Shown here in pieces: positions 10,104-20,840 of a stretch of 50,922 bases of DNA; positions within the stretch are counted from its first letter, which is position 1, and each line of letters opens with the position of its first letter. The position numbers were made by a program, and so were the translations under genes. Origin of the DNA: Draconibacterium orientale (GTDB lineage Bacteria; Bacteroidota; Bacteroidia; Bacteroidales; JAIFNL01); NCBI GenBank assembly GCA_022729915.1, contig DZBP01000004.1, positions 1 through 50,922 on the forward strand. The letters run 5' to 3'. The notes beneath the pieces are model-generated. The model made no database searches. It was not told the origin of the DNA and saw only the letters and a program-made list of their open reading frames with translations.

Positions 10104-11132
10104 CTAATCAAACAAATTGATATTTTTTGTTAATTTGTTTTTTCTTTCTAAAATAAAGAAATCAAAAACTAAAATAAAAAGAACAATCGCCAATAAATAT
10201 TGAAATCTATCTTCATAATCGTCAAAAATATTTGACTCTAATTCCATTTTATCAAGCGCATTTATTTCGTCGAAAACAAGGTCAAGCCCATAATTTGAAT
10301 TATTAGCTCGTACATAAACTCCGTCACTTTCTAAAGCTATTTGTTTCAATATCTGCTCATTAATTTTCGACATAACGATGCTACCGTTGGCATCTTTCTT
10401 AAATTCGTTAGAGCCCTCTTCGAGTGGAATTGGTACTGGCTTAGTGCCTCCCATTCCAATTGTATAAACTCTAATATCTTGTTCCTTAGCTATTTGTGCA
10501 GCCTCGATTGCTTTTTGTTCATGGTCTTCACCATCAGTGATGATAATAATAGCTCTGGTTTTTCCTTCTTCGGCAGTAAAAGATTTAGCGGCAAGCTCTA
10601 TTGCCGAAGCTATATTGGTTCCTTGCTTTGGTACTATATTGGTATTTATAGTTTTAAGGAACATTTTAGTGGCTCTATAGTCGGTCGTGATAGGCACTTG
10701 TACGTAAGCATCGCCAGCAAAAACAATCAGCCCAATTTTGTCGTTTCTAAGTTTGTCAACAAGCTTAGAAATAGCTCTTTTTGAAGCAGATAGCCTATTA
10801 GGAGAAATATCTTCCGAAAGCATACTATTTGAAACGTCAAGAGCAATCATTATCTCAACTCCTTGTTTTTTAACCTCTCTGAGTTTAGAACCAAATTGAG
10901 GTTGCGATAAAGCCAAAATTAGAAAAAAAAGTGCGAGCATAATGAATGCAAATTTAAAGATAGGACGATTTTTAGACAAATTAGGCATAAGTCCAATAAT
11001 TACATTCCAATCGCCAAATTTACGTAATGCCTCTTTTTTTTTGCTCTCGGCATACCAAAACAAGAAAACTAAAATAGGAATTATTGCCCAAAAGTAAAGC
11101 ATTTCGGGGTTTTGAAATCTAAAAATATTCAT
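10104..11132 (-). CDS. batB: BatB VWA-domain protein
   Basis: N-terminal double TM, MIDAS DVSNSM, PNRL, ITDGEDHE, C-terminal TM. Confidence 0.93.
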   Translation of the reverse strand: MNIFRFQNPEMLYFWAIIPILVFLFWYAESKKKEALRKFGDWNVIIGLMPNLSKNRPIFKFAFIMLALFFLILALSQPQFGSKLREVKKQGVEIMIALDVSNSMLSEDISPNRLSASKRAISKLVDKLRNDKIGLIVFAGDAYVQVPITTDYRATKMFLKTINTNIVPKQGTNIASAIELAAKSFTAEEGKTRAIIIITDGEDHEQKAIEAAQIAKEQDIRVYTIGMGGTKPVPIPLEEGSNEFKKDANGSIVMSKINEQILKQIALESDGVYVRANNSNYGLDLVFDEINALDKMELESNIFDDYEDRFQYLLAIVLFILVFDFFILERKNKLTKNINLFD

Positions 11133-11175
11133 ATTAATTATTTATTTTTTTTGAAAAAATCAAATACCTGAAAAA

Positions 11176-12177
11176 TTATGGAATACTTCTCAAAATAGTA
11201 TTCCTCATTAATATTTCAACACCAATAAACAAAAAAGCAAACAGCGCAAAAATTAAATATTCTTCTTTAATGCTGCTAAATTCTTTCACGTCTATTTTCG
11301 ATTTTTCTAGTTTATCTATTTCAGTATAAATTTCAGCAAGTCCTTTGGTGGTTGTAGCCCTAAAATACTTACCGTCAGTAATTTGTGAAATTTCTTTTAA
11401 AGTTTTCTCATCAATTTTAACTTCAACTTGTTGATATTGAATGCCAAAAGGCGTTTGAAATGGATAAGGTGCAGTTCCAATTGTACCGACACCAATAGTG
11501 TAAACCCTTATACCAAAGGTTTTTGCAATGTCAGCAGCCGAAAGCGGCGCAATATCACCTCTATTATTTTCACCATCAGTAAGTAAAATTACTACTTTGC
11601 TAATTGCTTCACTGTCTTTCAAACGATTAACAGCGTTTGCAAGTCCCATTCCTATTGCAGTGCCATCTTCAATCATTCCACTTTCAATATTCTTAAAAAG
11701 ATTTATAAGAATAGCATGGTCTGTGGTTAATGGGCTTTGCGTGAAACTTTCGCCGCTAAAAACAACTAAACCTATCCTATCGAGTTGTCTGCCCGAAATA
11801 AATTTTATAGCAACTTCTTTTGCAGCCTCTAATCGGTTGGGTCTCAAGTCTTCTGCTAGCATACTACTCGAAATATCCAAGGCAAGCACAATATCAATTC
11901 CTTGAGTAGTTTCGTTTTGCCAATTATCAAATGATTGAGGTCGGGCAATAGCAAATACAAGGGTTACGATTGCCATAACTCTCAAAATAACAAGCACATA
12001 ACGCAAATAAAACTTATAACTCTTTCCCAAGCTTTCAAATGGTTTCAAAGTTGAAAACCGCACTGATGCTTTCAAGCTAGAATGCTTAAAAAAATAATAA
12101 ACAGCCATTGGTATTAAAACCAACAAAAGATAAAATAATTCGGGATTTTCAAAAGTTATTCTATTCCAAAATTCCAT
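11176..12177 (-). CDS. batA: BatA VWA-domain protein
   Basis: ARPQ, DISSSM MIDAS, DGTAIGMGL, LLTDGENN; start taken at MEFWN. Confidence 0.94.
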   Translation of the reverse strand: MEFWNRITFENPELFYLLLVLIPMAVYYFFKHSSLKASVRFSTLKPFESLGKSYKFYLRYVLVILRVMAIVTLVFAIARPQSFDNWQNETTQGIDIVLALDISSSMLAEDLRPNRLEAAKEVAIKFISGRQLDRIGLVVFSGESFTQSPLTTDHAILINLFKNIESGMIEDGTAIGMGLANAVNRLKDSEAISKVVILLTDGENNRGDIAPLSAADIAKTFGIRVYTIGVGTIGTAPYPFQTPFGIQYQQVEVKIDEKTLKEISQITDGKYFRATTTKGLAEIYTEIDKLEKSKIDVKEFSSIKEEYLIFALFAFLFIGVEILMRNTILRSIP

Positions 12178-12239
12178 AGTTAAATTTCTTTTTTTGTAAT
12201 TAAAATTTAGTGCTAAAAAAATGAAAAAAAAACTAAATA

Positions 12240-13208
12240 TCAAGTATTTATTGTTTTAACATTTTCCGAAATCAAATTGGTTTCTTTAGTTTGTTGCACA
12301 AAATTTAGTGTTTTAGAAAAAGCCAAATCATTTTCATCTGGCAATGGTTCAGATTTTGCAAATTTAGCTAAATCGGCATAAGAAAAGATTAGTCGCAACT
12401 CGCTTATTCTATCAGGCTGAATGTCAGTAATTTTCATACAAGCGTCGATAGTTTCAGAACTTGTTTGTTCGGTTGTACTAATTTTGTATCTGTTTTCGAT
12501 GTATTCACGCAAAATATCAGTCAATTCGGTATAATATTGCTTTACATTACCAGATTGCCAAAGTTTTTGTAACTTCAATTTTTCAAGTTTTTCAATTGCA
12601 ATAATATGGAAAGGAATCGCTTTTTTTGGCTTTTCTGTTTGAATTTCAGACGTTTTTTTGCGCCAACGTGTAAAATACAAAACAAGTAAAACAATAGCTA
12701 CGATAGAAATAAATCCGCCAATCAACCAATACTTGTATTCTTTAATAAACTCCTTGAAAGTTAAAGGAGTATCATAAACTGTATAAATATCTTTGACTGA
12801 TTTTTCAGTTGTATCAACCACAATTGTATTTACTTTCAAAAGCAAATCATTTGTACGTAAACTATCTCTTCCATTGGCAAGAAAAACAAAAGGTGGAATT
12901 ATATAATTACCTGAATCAAATGAAGTTACAATAATTTCTTGAGAAAGTAAATAGGTTGAATTTGCTTTTGAAAAAGCGGTATCAATTTCGCCAATTTCAA
13001 CAATTTCAATGCCTTTAACAATTGAATCTTGAAAAATAGGAAATTTAATAGCCTGAACAGCATAAACACTTGCTTGAAGTGTTATTTTTGCTTGCTTACC
13101 TATAACTATTTGTTTGCTATTTATAGAAGCTTTTACTTCTATTTTCTGAGCGTAAGCTGAAAATAATGCAAAATAAAAAATTCCTAAAAATAATATTTTT
13201 TTTATCAT
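12240..13208 (-). CDS. Conserved bat-operon membrane protein (BatD-like Ig domain + TM + helical C-terminus)
   Basis: TSFDSG, KQYYTELTDILREYIE, ADLAKFAK; lies between DUF58 and batA. Confidence 0.85.
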   Translation of the reverse strand: MIKKILFLGIFYFALFSAYAQKIEVKASINSKQIVIGKQAKITLQASVYAVQAIKFPIFQDSIVKGIEIVEIGEIDTAFSKANSTYLLSQEIIVTSFDSGNYIIPPFVFLANGRDSLRTNDLLLKVNTIVVDTTEKSVKDIYTVYDTPLTFKEFIKEYKYWLIGGFISIVAIVLLVLYFTRWRKKTSEIQTEKPKKAIPFHIIAIEKLEKLKLQKLWQSGNVKQYYTELTDILREYIENRYKISTTEQTSSETIDACMKITDIQPDRISELRLIFSYADLAKFAKSEPLPDENDLAFSKTLNFVQQTKETNLISENVKTINT

Positions 13209-13214
13209 ATTTTT

Positions 13215-14084
13215 TTATCTACTTTTAAACATTTGCATCAAAGGTTTCACATAATCCTGATGAGTAAATAACTCGGCAAAACTAATACCTCTTTTTTTGA
13301 GAACAGTTTTAAGTTCGCTATTTTTCATCATTCTATATTTTTTAAATTGCTTTTGAACTAATTTATCGGAAGTGTCAATCCATTGATATTGACCCGATTC
13401 AGCATCTTTCATCTTAACGAGTCCTATATCAGGAAGTTCAATTTCGCGCAAATCGGTAACTTTCAAGGCAATTAAATCGTGCTTGTAACTAGCTATTTGC
13501 AAAGCTTTTTCGTAGTTTTCATCTTCAAAGTCGGAAATCAAAAAAGCAGTGCACCTTTTTTTAATTACATTGGTAAAATACTTTAGACCTTCTTCTAAAT
13601 TTGTGCCTTTACTTTCTGGAGAAAAATCAATTAACTCTCTAATAATGTGAAGTATATGAGATTTCCCTTTTTTAGGCGGAATAAATTTTTCAATTTTATC
13701 TGAAAAAAAGATAACGCCTACTTTGTCGTTATTTTGAATAGCTGAAAATGAAAGAGTTGCAGCAATTTCAGTAATTAACTCTCGTTTAAACATAAGTTTG
13801 CTTCCAAATTCACCCGAACCACTAACGTCAATTAGCAGAACCACAGTCATTTCTCTTTCTTCTTCAAAAACTTTTACGAAAGGATTTTTATAGCGCGCAG
13901 TTAAATTCCAATCGATGTTGCGAATATCATCACCGTATTGATATTCACGCACTTCACTAAAAGTCATACCACGCCCTTTAAAAGCTGTGTGGTATTCGCC
14001 AGCAAATACTTCGCGTGATAATCCTTTGGTTTTAATTTCAATTTTGCGAACTTTTTTTAATAGTTCGCTTGCTTTTTCTGCCAT
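13215..14084 (-). CDS. DUF58 domain protein
   Basis: FKGRGMTFSEVREYQYGDDIRNIDWN, FEEERE, ISDF. Confidence 0.95.
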   Translation of the reverse strand: MAEKASELLKKVRKIEIKTKGLSREVFAGEYHTAFKGRGMTFSEVREYQYGDDIRNIDWNLTARYKNPFVKVFEEEREMTVVLLIDVSGSGEFGSKLMFKRELITEIAATLSFSAIQNNDKVGVIFFSDKIEKFIPPKKGKSHILHIIRELIDFSPESKGTNLEEGLKYFTNVIKKRCTAFLISDFEDENYEKALQIASYKHDLIALKVTDLREIELPDIGLVKMKDAESGQYQWIDTSDKLVQKQFKKYRMMKNSELKTVLKKRGISFAELFTHQDYVKPLMQMFKSR

Positions 14085-14169
14085 TTTATTTCAATTAAGA
14101 ATCATTAAAAATTGAAAACATTTATTCAATTCGCACTAATTCAATGCTTTTGTTGAAATTACAAAAATA

Positions 14170-15162
14170 CTAAGGTACTTCAACAGCATTTAAAATTTCG
14201 CTAATGATTTCTTCACTTGTAATATTCTCAGCTTCAGCCTCATAGGTTAATCCAATACGGTGTCGCAATACATCATGAGCAATAGCACGAATATCTTCGG
14301 GCAAAACGTAACCTCTACGCTTAATAAATGCGTAAGCTTTAGCAGCTTTAGCCAAATTAATGCTAGCACGTGGCGAACCACCAAAATTGATAAGTTCCTT
14401 GAATTTAGCTAATCCGTATTCTTCGGGATTTCTAGTAGCAAAGACAATGTCAACAATATATTTCTGGATTTTTTCGTCCATATAAACCTCTTTTACAGCA
14501 TCACGAGCACGTAAAATATCTTCTGGTTTTATAACTGAGTTAGCTTTAGGAAAGGATTTCATTAAATTTGCCTTGATAATTTCTCTTTCCTCCTCTTTTT
14601 TAGGATAAGTAATTATCACTTTTAGCATAAATCTATCCACTTGCGCTTCTGGCAAAGGATATGTTCCTTCTTGCTCAATTGGGTTTTGAGTAGCCATTAC
14701 CAAAAAAGGTTCTTCAAGTTTATAAGTTTCTTCTCCTATGGTAACTTGCTTTTCTTGCATGGCTTCTAAAAGTGCCGATTGTACCTTAGCCGGAGCACGG
14801 TTTATCTCATCGGCAAGAACAAAATTTGTAAAAATTGGACCTTTTTTTACAACAAATTCTTCCTTTTTTTGCGAATAAATCATGGTACCCAAAAGATCGG
14901 CAGGTAAAAGGTCGGGGGTAAATTGAATACGACTAAAATCAACGCTAATGGTTTGCGCAAGTGTATTGATAGCCAAAGTTTTAGCCAGTCCAGGAACACC
15001 TTCCAGCAAAATATGACCACCCGTAAGTAAACCTATCAAAAGGCTCTCTGTCAAGTGTTTTTGCCCCACAATCACTTTATTCATTTCCATGTTCACCATA
15101 TCTACAAAAGCACTTTCCTTTTGTATTTTCTCATTAATTTCACGAATATCAACTGATTCCAT
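14170..15162 (-). CDS. moxR: MoxR family AAA+ ATPase
   Basis: Walker A GVPGLAKT, RIQFTPDLLPAD, Walker B LADEINRA, ATQNPIEQEGTYPLPEAQVDRF. Confidence 0.97.
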   Translation of the reverse strand: MESVDIREINEKIQKESAFVDMVNMEMNKVIVGQKHLTESLLIGLLTGGHILLEGVPGLAKTLAINTLAQTISVDFSRIQFTPDLLPADLLGTMIYSQKKEEFVVKKGPIFTNFVLADEINRAPAKVQSALLEAMQEKQVTIGEETYKLEEPFLVMATQNPIEQEGTYPLPEAQVDRFMLKVIITYPKKEEEREIIKANLMKSFPKANSVIKPEDILRARDAVKEVYMDEKIQKYIVDIVFATRNPEEYGLAKFKELINFGGSPRASINLAKAAKAYAFIKRRGYVLPEDIRAIAHDVLRHRIGLTYEAEAENITSEEIISEILNAVEVP

Positions 15163-15360
15163 CTTTATAAATGCACTTAAAGTTAGTAGTTTTTATTTTA
15201 AAATATTAAATGATTTTGTAAAAAGCACTTGCGCTATTTTTTTTGGAGTAAATATTTTCACAACCAAATAATTATAAAGTACTTAACAGTATAAAATATA
15301 CAATTAAAGTAGGTACACTACCAAATTATATTTTTATATGTTTTGCTCTAAATTCAAATG

Positions 15361-15392
15361 CAAATATAGAATTTTTAATTGGGCAAAGCAAA
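15361..15392 (-). promoter_or_regulatory. Bacteroidota sigma-A promoter for the moxR-bat operon
   Basis: Minus strand: TTTG (-33), 20-nt spacer, TATATTTG (-7); matches the TTTG/TAnnTTTG consensus. Confidence 0.65.
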
Positions 15393-15450
15393 AAAGCGAT
15401 TAACTATTCAGAAATGTTTAACTTTTTTTAAAAAATCTAAAAAAAAACGT

Positions 15451-15458
15451 TAATTTTG
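15451..15458 (+). promoter_or_regulatory. Putative -7 element upstream of tilS
   Basis: TAATTTTG matches TAnnTTTG; -33 box unclear. Confidence 0.45.
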
Positions 15459-15538
15459 TACGCTCTATTTATCAAAGCAAAGCGGTTAAAAATTTGTAAT
15501 AAAAACGCATTAAAAAACCAAAGTTGAAAAAATAATAC

Positions 15539-16894
15539 ATGTTAAGAAAAATAAAAACATTTGTTCAAAACAATTCTTTATTTGAAACAAACGATAAAAT
15601 ATTATTGGCACTAAGCGGTGGAATTGATTCAATTGTATTGTTGGATTTACTACAAAAAATGAACTGCAACTTTGCAGCCGCTCACTGCAATTTTAACTTA
15701 CGAGGCGAAGAATCAGACAGCGATGAAGCTTTTGTAACTAGTTTATGCGAGAAAAGAAATATCCGTTTATTTAAAATTTCTTTTGCTACACAAACTTACG
15801 CCAATGAAAAAAAAATATCAATTCAAATGGCAGCTCGCGAATTAAGATACAATTGGTTTGAAAAAATATTAAACGATAATCAATTAAAATACATTGCTTT
15901 AGCGCATCATTCAGGCGACGTTGTAGAGACATTTCACATCAATTTGAGTAGAGGAACCGGAATTAAAGGTATAAGTGGAATAAAGGCAAAAACAGGCAAT
16001 TTAATTCGACCATTACTTTTTGCAACTAGGCAAGAAATAATTGATTATCAAACATGTAATCAATTAACTTACAGAGAAGATAGTAGCAATTCGTCAGTAA
16101 AATATGCTCGCAACAAGATACGGCACGAAATTATTCCAAACTTTGCAAAAATAAATCCAGCTTACAACCAAAATATACTAAAAAGTATAGAAAATTTGCA
16201 CGAAGTAGAAAAAATTTATAACCAACAAATAGAAGAAAAACGCAAAGAAATAGTAAAATATGACAATGCATTGTGCAAAATTGATATTACTAAATTACTA
16301 AATACGGCAGCTCCAAAAACATTTCTATATGAGTTTATAAAAGAATTTGGGTTTGAAAGTGAAATTCTAGCACAAATATTTGAATCAATTAATAATCAAT
16401 CGGGTAATGAATTTTTTTCTGAGAATTTCATTCTTTTAAAAAATAGGAATGAATTTGTAATATCAAAAAAAGAAAACAGGCAAAAAGTAGAAGTTTTAAT
16501 TGATGAAAATTGTTCGGTTTTAAAAATAAACGAGTTAAATTTATTTTTATCAAAAATAGACAAAAATGAGAATTTTATTCTAACAAAAAAACAAGAAATA
16601 GCATTGCTTGACTTTGAAAAAATTGAATTTCCAATAAAGTTAACAAACTGGGAAGCAGGAGATTATTTTTTTCCATTAGGAATGAAGAAACGAAAAAAAC
16701 TGTCTGATTTTTTTATTGACAACAAGTATTCTCTTTTTGAAAAGCAACAACAAATAATTTTAAAATCAAACGATAAAATCGTTTGGATACTTGGAAAACA
16801 GATAGATGACCGATACAAAATAAGTGAAACAACAAAAAAAATCTTACAAATTGAAATAAAAACTGATTTTTTTATAAATTTGCAAGAAAAATAA
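15539..16894 (+). CDS. tilS: tRNA(Ile)-lysidine synthetase
   Basis: PP-loop ALSGGIDS, AHCNFNLRG, ARELRY, RPLL, EDSSN, RNKIRH; TilS C-terminal KKLSDFFID. Confidence 0.97.
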   Translation: MLRKIKTFVQNNSLFETNDKILLALSGGIDSIVLLDLLQKMNCNFAAAHCNFNLRGEESDSDEAFVTSLCEKRNIRLFKISFATQTYANEKKISIQMAARELRYNWFEKILNDNQLKYIALAHHSGDVVETFHINLSRGTGIKGISGIKAKTGNLIRPLLFATRQEIIDYQTCNQLTYREDSSNSSVKYARNKIRHEIIPNFAKINPAYNQNILKSIENLHEVEKIYNQQIEEKRKEIVKYDNALCKIDITKLLNTAAPKTFLYEFIKEFGFESEILAQIFESINNQSGNEFFSENFILLKNRNEFVISKKENRQKVEVLIDENCSVLKINELNLFLSKIDKNENFILTKKQEIALLDFEKIEFPIKLTNWEAGDYFFPLGMKKRKKLSDFFIDNKYSLFEKQQQIILKSNDKIVWILGKQIDDRYKISETTKKILQIEIKTDFFINLQEK

Positions 16895-16937
16895 AAGGTA
16901 ATGATTGATTGTTATAGCTAAATATAGTTTTAAACCA

Positions 16938-18854
16938 ATGAAAGCAAATATATTTTTATTAATAATTCTCTTATTTACAACAAAAATTGCTTTTTCTCAA
17001 GCAACTCAAGCACTAAGTAATCGTATAGCTAATTATGACATTGATGTAAGCTTAAATACTGAAAATAAAACACTTAGAGGAAAAGAAATTCTAACTTGGA
17101 AAAACACTTCGCGTGATACGTTAAATGAATTTCATTTTCATTTGTATTTGAACGCTTTTAAATCGAAGCATTCTACTTTTATGAAAGAATTTGAAAATGA
17201 AGTAACAAAAGAAGAAGCAGGTTATATAAAAATTACGGGTATTCAACTAGGCAATGGTGAAAATTTAACTAAAAATATAGAATTCATTGCTTTAGACGAC
17301 AACAATAAATACGACGAAACGGTTGTAAGAATAAAAAGCAAAACTGGAATATTGCCGGATTCTACGATACAATTTGAAATAGATTTTACCGCAAAACTTC
17401 CAAAATTAAGCTTCAGAACCGGCTACGTTCAAGATTATTTTTTCGTGGCACAATGGTTCCCCAAAATAGGAGTTTATGAGCCACAAAATTACCAAGATTC
17501 GAGCAAATGGACTTGGAATTGTCATCAATTTCATGCACATTCAGAATTTTATGCTGACTTTGGAGTTTACAACGTAAAAATAACACTACCAGATAATTAT
17601 ATTGTCGGAGCAAGTGGTTTACTTTGGGACGAAAAGCAAAATGCAAATCAAACTAAAACACTACATTTTAAAGCAAACGATGTAATTGATTTTGCATGGA
17701 CAGCATCACCTAATTATTTGGTTTACACTGAAAAATGGAAAGATACAAACATTTCATTTCTTTATCAAAAAGAACATAAACAACAAATAAACAGACATAT
17801 AGATGCGTTAAAAAGTGCTTTTGAATATTTTGAAACAAATGTTGGAGAATATCCATATCCTTCTATTACTGTGATAGATCCGCCTATTTACGGGCTTGGA
17901 GCCGGAGGAATGGAATATCCAATGTTAATCACCGTAGGAACTGTAAAATTTTTACCTACCGGAATTAAAATGCCAGAGCTCACAACGATACATGAATTTG
18001 GACATCAATATTTTATGGGCATTTTAGCTACAAACGAGTTTGAAGAAGCTTGGCTAGACGAAGGAATCAATTCATATTACGAAACTCGTATAATGGACGA
18101 AATTTACGGGTATTCTAACTCACTAATCGATTTTGCTGGATTAACCATTGGAGATGGTGAAACACAGCGAATTGATTATATAAATTTGGCAAATTTACGC
18201 ATTTCGCCAATCAATAATTATGCGTGGAATTTTCCATCGTACAGCTATGGAACTTTAGTTTATAGTAAAGCAGCCACAATGCTGCAAACTCTTGAAGGGC
18301 TTGTTGGCAAAGAAGTTATGGATAGAGTTATGCAAACCTACTTTGAAGAATGGAAATTTAAACACCCAAAAACAGAAGATTTTATAAAAATAACCAGCCA
18401 AATAATTAAAAAGAAATATGGTAATGATTTTGGCGAAAATATGGACTGGTTTTTTGAACAAACTCTGTATGGAACTGCAGTTTGCGACTATTCGGTTGAA
18501 TCTATCCTCAATTCAGAAGTTGAAAAAGGAGAAGATATTGAAAGTGACGGCGTTATCTCAAAAGTGCGGATTCATCGCTTGGGCGATATGTATTTACCAA
18601 ACGAATTACTCATAGAATTTACTGATGGCAGTAAAATAATCGAAAAATGGGACGGAAAAGCTGCAACAACGGTATTTACCTTTAAAGGGAAAAAAATTAA
18701 ATCGGTACAAATAGATCCTGAAAATAAAATAAAATTAAATATTAATTTTTCAAATAATAGTAAAACTTTGAAACCCAAAACTAGCAGTTTCTGGAAATAT
18801 GCAGAAAAAATTATGTATTGGCTTCAAAATATTATGCAATTATTTGTATTTTAA
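16938..18854 (+). CDS. Secreted M1 family zinc aminopeptidase
   Basis: GGMEYP, HEFGH (HExxH) and WLDEG; signal peptide from MKANI. Confidence 0.93.
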   Translation: MKANIFLLIILLFTTKIAFSQATQALSNRIANYDIDVSLNTENKTLRGKEILTWKNTSRDTLNEFHFHLYLNAFKSKHSTFMKEFENEVTKEEAGYIKITGIQLGNGENLTKNIEFIALDDNNKYDETVVRIKSKTGILPDSTIQFEIDFTAKLPKLSFRTGYVQDYFFVAQWFPKIGVYEPQNYQDSSKWTWNCHQFHAHSEFYADFGVYNVKITLPDNYIVGASGLLWDEKQNANQTKTLHFKANDVIDFAWTASPNYLVYTEKWKDTNISFLYQKEHKQQINRHIDALKSAFEYFETNVGEYPYPSITVIDPPIYGLGAGGMEYPMLITVGTVKFLPTGIKMPELTTIHEFGHQYFMGILATNEFEEAWLDEGINSYYETRIMDEIYGYSNSLIDFAGLTIGDGETQRIDYINLANLRISPINNYAWNFPSYSYGTLVYSKAATMLQTLEGLVGKEVMDRVMQTYFEEWKFKHPKTEDFIKITSQIIKKKYGNDFGENMDWFFEQTLYGTAVCDYSVESILNSEVEKGEDIESDGVISKVRIHRLGDMYLPNELLIEFTDGSKIIEKWDGKAATTVFTFKGKKIKSVQIDPENKIKLNINFSNNSKTLKPKTSSFWKYAEKIMYWLQNIMQLFVF

Positions 18855-18889
18855 TAAATTAACTAAATATCATTCTTTTCCACAAAAAA

Positions 18890-20161
18890 ATGAAAATAAA
18901 AGAATCATACATAAGAGGTTGGAAATTAGCAATTCGTACAATTCCAAATACTTACTTACTTTATTTAGCAAATTTTTTGCTTGCACTAATAATCGGTATT
19001 ACATTTGCGACTTCCATTTCATCTAATAGTTTGTTATACAGCAAATTATTTAATAAATTTAGTTATACAGCAATTTTTGAATTTTTGCGTAACTATGAAA
19101 CTTTAATTGATGTTTTAAAATCACAATTTATCCTTTTTACAGGACTTTATCTATTATTGAGTATTTTTTTTACTGGTGGAATTGTCGATAGTTTTTTTAA
19201 AGAAAAATTTAACCAGAGCGAGTTTTGGATTAACTCTAGAAAATTCTTTTTAAGATATTTCAAACAAGCACTTTACATATTGATAATCAAAGCCTTATTG
19301 CTAATTTTACTCATATTTGCTTTATCAATGGTAGTTTCGGATTTGGTAGAAAAAGAATCGATAGAAAATGCCTATATTTTTCCAATAATTTCGCTGGTAT
19401 TTTTATACTTAATCTTGAGTAGTTTTATTTATGTTATATCAGATTATGCAAAGTTTGGAATTTATTTTACTGAAACGGATAAAGTATTGAGTGCAATTTG
19501 GCGAAGTACAAAATATGTATTCAAAAATTTTGGAAAAATATATTTACTTTTCCTATCTCTAATGGTAATTCCAATTGTATTAATAATAAGTAACTTGGTA
19601 ATTTCAATCAAATTAGAAGCTATTAATTATTTTACACTACTATTAATTTTTCTGTTGGGACAATTATTTATTTTTGCACGAATTTTTGCACGAATATGGT
19701 TTTTGAGTGCGCAATATAGCTTATTTACGTACGATTTTAACAAAAAAATAGAAAATAAACGAGCTGAATTTCAAGCTCTTGACGAAAAAGCAGAACAACT
19801 AAGCAAAAGCCAATTTGAGCAAGAAAAATCCGAAATTCGCCAAAATAAAGAAGAAAAAGCGCAAACCGTAATTCAAGGAGTAAATGAAATGCTCAAAAAC
19901 ATTCAATATCAACTTGAAGAGATTGAAAAAGAAGCACGTCCGGAGATAAAAGAGCAACTCATCGAAAAATTAATCCAATCATCAGAGAGTGAGGAATGGG
20001 AAATTTTGGAAGAAAAAGCTGAAGAAAGCAACAAACAAAGAGAATTGAGCAAAGTAATGTCGCTCATAGATGAAATAAAATTAGAAAAAGCTACAAAAAA
20101 CGAGAAAAAAACATTGCAAAAGCCCAAAATAACGGACGATTTGTGGGAATTTGATGATTAA
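18890..20161 (+). CDS. Hypothetical multi-TM membrane protein with charged coiled-coil C-terminal tail
   Basis: About 6 hydrophobic helices, then an E/K/Q-rich tail; 35 nt downstream of the M1 peptidase. Confidence 0.75.
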   Translation: MKIKESYIRGWKLAIRTIPNTYLLYLANFLLALIIGITFATSISSNSLLYSKLFNKFSYTAIFEFLRNYETLIDVLKSQFILFTGLYLLLSIFFTGGIVDSFFKEKFNQSEFWINSRKFFLRYFKQALYILIIKALLLILLIFALSMVVSDLVEKESIENAYIFPIISLVFLYLILSSFIYVISDYAKFGIYFTETDKVLSAIWRSTKYVFKNFGKIYLLFLSLMVIPIVLIISNLVISIKLEAINYFTLLLIFLLGQLFIFARIFARIWFLSAQYSLFTYDFNKKIENKRAEFQALDEKAEQLSKSQFEQEKSEIRQNKEEKAQTVIQGVNEMLKNIQYQLEEIEKEARPEIKEQLIEKLIQSSESEEWEILEEKAEESNKQRELSKVMSLIDEIKLEKATKNEKKTLQKPKITDDLWEFDD

Positions 20162-20221
20162 AAATACTTTCGTTCAAACAAAAAAAATAGTATAAAATTT
20201 ATTTTTTTTTGATTAAAAAAA

Positions 20222-20827
20222 ATGACAGAACTGCCATCAAAATATTTGTCTAATACTGTAAACGAATTTGCAAACTTGCCCGGAATAGGCAAAAAAACAG
20301 CACTTCGTTTAGTCTTGCATTTATTAAAACACGAAAAAAAAGAAATTTTACAATTTAGCCACTCCATTAAAGAACTGGCTGAAAATATAAAAAATTGCAA
20401 AATTTGTCATTCCATTTCAGATACTGAGATATGTGAAATTTGTTCAAATCAGAAGCGAACACGCAATACTATATGTGTTGTAGAAAGCATTAGAGAAGTT
20501 TTAGCAATTGAAAATACTCAGCAATACAACGGCTTATATCATGTTTTAGGAGGTATAATTTCGCCCATCGACGGAATAGGTCCAAGCGATTTGAATATAG
20601 ATAGTTTACAGCAAAGAGTTGAAAATGAAAATATTGCAGAAATAATATTGGCTTTGAGTACAACTATGGAAGGTGACACAACCAATTATTTCATACACAA
20701 AAAGTTAGCCGATTCGAACGTAAAATTAACAACCTTAGCTCGAGGAATTTCCTTTGGCGACGAACTGGAATATACCGACGAAATTACGCTTGGTCGTTCT
20801 ATTTTAAATAGAGTAGAATTTCATTAA
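20222..20827 (+). CDS. recR: Recombination mediator RecR
   Basis: [12 protein letters not shown] HhH, C4 zinc finger, YHVLGG, TOPRIM EGDTT, ARGI. Confidence 0.98.
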   Translation: MTELPSKYLSNTVNEFANLPGIGKKTALRLVLHLLKHEKKEILQFSHSIKELAENIKNCKICHSISDTEICEICSNQKRTRNTICVVESIREVLAIENTQQYNGLYHVLGGIISPIDGIGPSDLNIDSLQQRVENENIAEIILALSTTMEGDTTNYFIHKKLADSNVKLTTLARGISFGDELEYTDEITLGRSILNRVEFH

Positions 20828-20840
20828 ATAAAAAAGCAAA

